64,000 nucleotides of DNA from an uncultured Rikenellaceae bacterium (lineage in GTDB: Bacteria > Bacteroidota > Bacteroidia > Bacteroidales > VadinHA17): contig CAZFVQ010000010.1 of the NCBI GenBank assembly GCA_964522415.1, forward strand, positions 7,857 to 71,856. Direction: 5' to 3'. Below the pieces are notes generated by a model. The model was not told where the DNA came from, did no database searches, and saw only the letters and a program-made list of their open reading frames with translations. A program made the translations under genes and the position numbers. The number at the start of each line of letters is the position of its first letter. Position 1 is the stretch's first letter. Of the stretch, positions 63,569 to 64,000 are shown piece by piece.

Positions 63569-64000
63569 TCATGTTTCATCCGTCCTGTCCTGTCCGGACG
63601 GTTCGCTTTTTTCCGGGGCTTCTGCTTTCATTTGTGCTTCCGGTTCTGCTGTTACATCACCATTTCCGTTTTCATCACCTTCCTCCGGTTTTACAGCTTC
63701 TTCCCTGACAAGTAGATCAAGTCCGTGAAGTATATTATACCACTGTATTATTTTTTTAATATCACTTACATATACTCTTTCGCGGTTATAATCCGGAAGG
63801 ATTTCCCCGAACCATGATTTGAGTTTTTCCGGATCAGATTTATGATCAATCGCAGGACCTCCATTTTCTTTTTCATGGATCTTATCGAATACCTTGCCAA
63901 GAGCAAGGTCTTCACTTTCGGTAAACACTGAGATTTCTTCCAGGGAACTGGCCCCGGCTGAACTGAACACACTACTTCTTTTCTTTGTTTCAAGATGTTC
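63569..64000 (-). CDS. DUF5606-like conserved Bacteroidota protein, C-terminal part (N-terminus beyond the right edge)
   Basis: The ORF-track GTG at 63970 is probably not the start, because the frame stays open to position 64000 (..EHLETKKRSSVFSSAGA..). SSLEEISVFTESEDLALGKVFDKIHEKENGG...RERVYVSDIKKIIQWYNIL matches my recollection of the family's core. The acidic C-terminal tail is low-complexity. Confidence 0.55.
   Translation of the reverse strand, partial: EHLETKKRSSVFSSAGASSLEEISVFTESEDLALGKVFDKIHEKENGGPAIDHKSDPEKLKSWFGEILPDYNRERVYVSDIKKIIQWYNILHGLDLLVREEAVKPEEGDENGNGDVTAEPEAQMKAEAPEKSEPSGQDRTDET

Noticed and set aside
1-64000. Mobile elements, prophage, defence islands (RM, TA, Abi, CBASS-like), tRNA/rRNA genes
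   Set aside because: I scanned the ORF translations for integrase, transposase, nuclease, methylase and toxin hallmarks, and the spacers for tRNA T-loop-like GTTCRA motifs. I found nothing convincing. PhoH and MazG here look like housekeeping copies rather than toxin-antitoxin or phage modules.

Overview
This 64-kb chromosomal segment is densely coded, with roughly 50 protein genes. By inference it comes from an anaerobic, glycan- and peptide-scavenging member of the Bacteroidota. The evidence for that call is lipoprotein-type signal peptides, TAnnTTTG-type -7 boxes, a Bacteroides-style sialidase/lyase/AGE-epimerase/MFS sialic-acid operon, many glycoside hydrolases, hcp, and an [FeFe]-hydrogenase. 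I found no rRNA, tRNA, CRISPR array, transposase, integrase or phage genes. Gene order is as follows. (1) A sialic-acid operon on the minus strand, then a GH92 mannosidase and a Tat-signal Gfo/Idh/MocA oxidoreductase. (2) A striking C-free G/A-rich tract, then a PNPOx-family gene and hcp. (3) A CNNM/hemolysin-family gene and an M48 protease-hflK-hflC string. (4) A roughly 10.4-kb cluster at 15.8-26.2 kb in which every gene product carries a Sec or twin-arginine export signal. It holds three paralogous amidohydrolases, two SelA/DgaE-like PLP enzymes, RidA, DUF362 and a TIM-barrel isomerase. (5) An LTA-synthase-like gene, speA, a cold-shock gene, and zwf-pgl. (6) A TonB-like gene, a GH-like gene with a CBM, and a GH78 rhamnosidase. 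(7) A pntAA-pntAB-pntB-aminopeptidase P operon, a heparinase II/III-like lyase and DPP-IV. (8) A four-gene NADH-type (HydABC-like) [FeFe]-hydrogenase operon, preceded by tandem Rex-like palindromes and by a Cys-less thioredoxin-like ferredoxin paralog. (9) A TPR protein and an ECF sigma / putative anti-sigma / LTxxQ module. (10) A LysM-PBP protein, phoH, a DUF62 SAM hydrolase-like gene, mazG, speB and a truncated DUF5606-like gene. The best candidate for an undescribed system is the exported deacylase - PLP lyase - RidA - DUF362 cluster. Its composition suggests a periplasmic deacylation and deamination pathway, and I know of no characterised counterpart. Secondary curiosities are a dispersed family of tandem 21-23-bp CCCG..CGGG units shared by two intergenic loci, the 208-nt stretch without a single C, and the hydrogenase-associated regulatory and degenerate-ferredoxin features. 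All functional calls rest on motif recognition by eye; no database search was possible.
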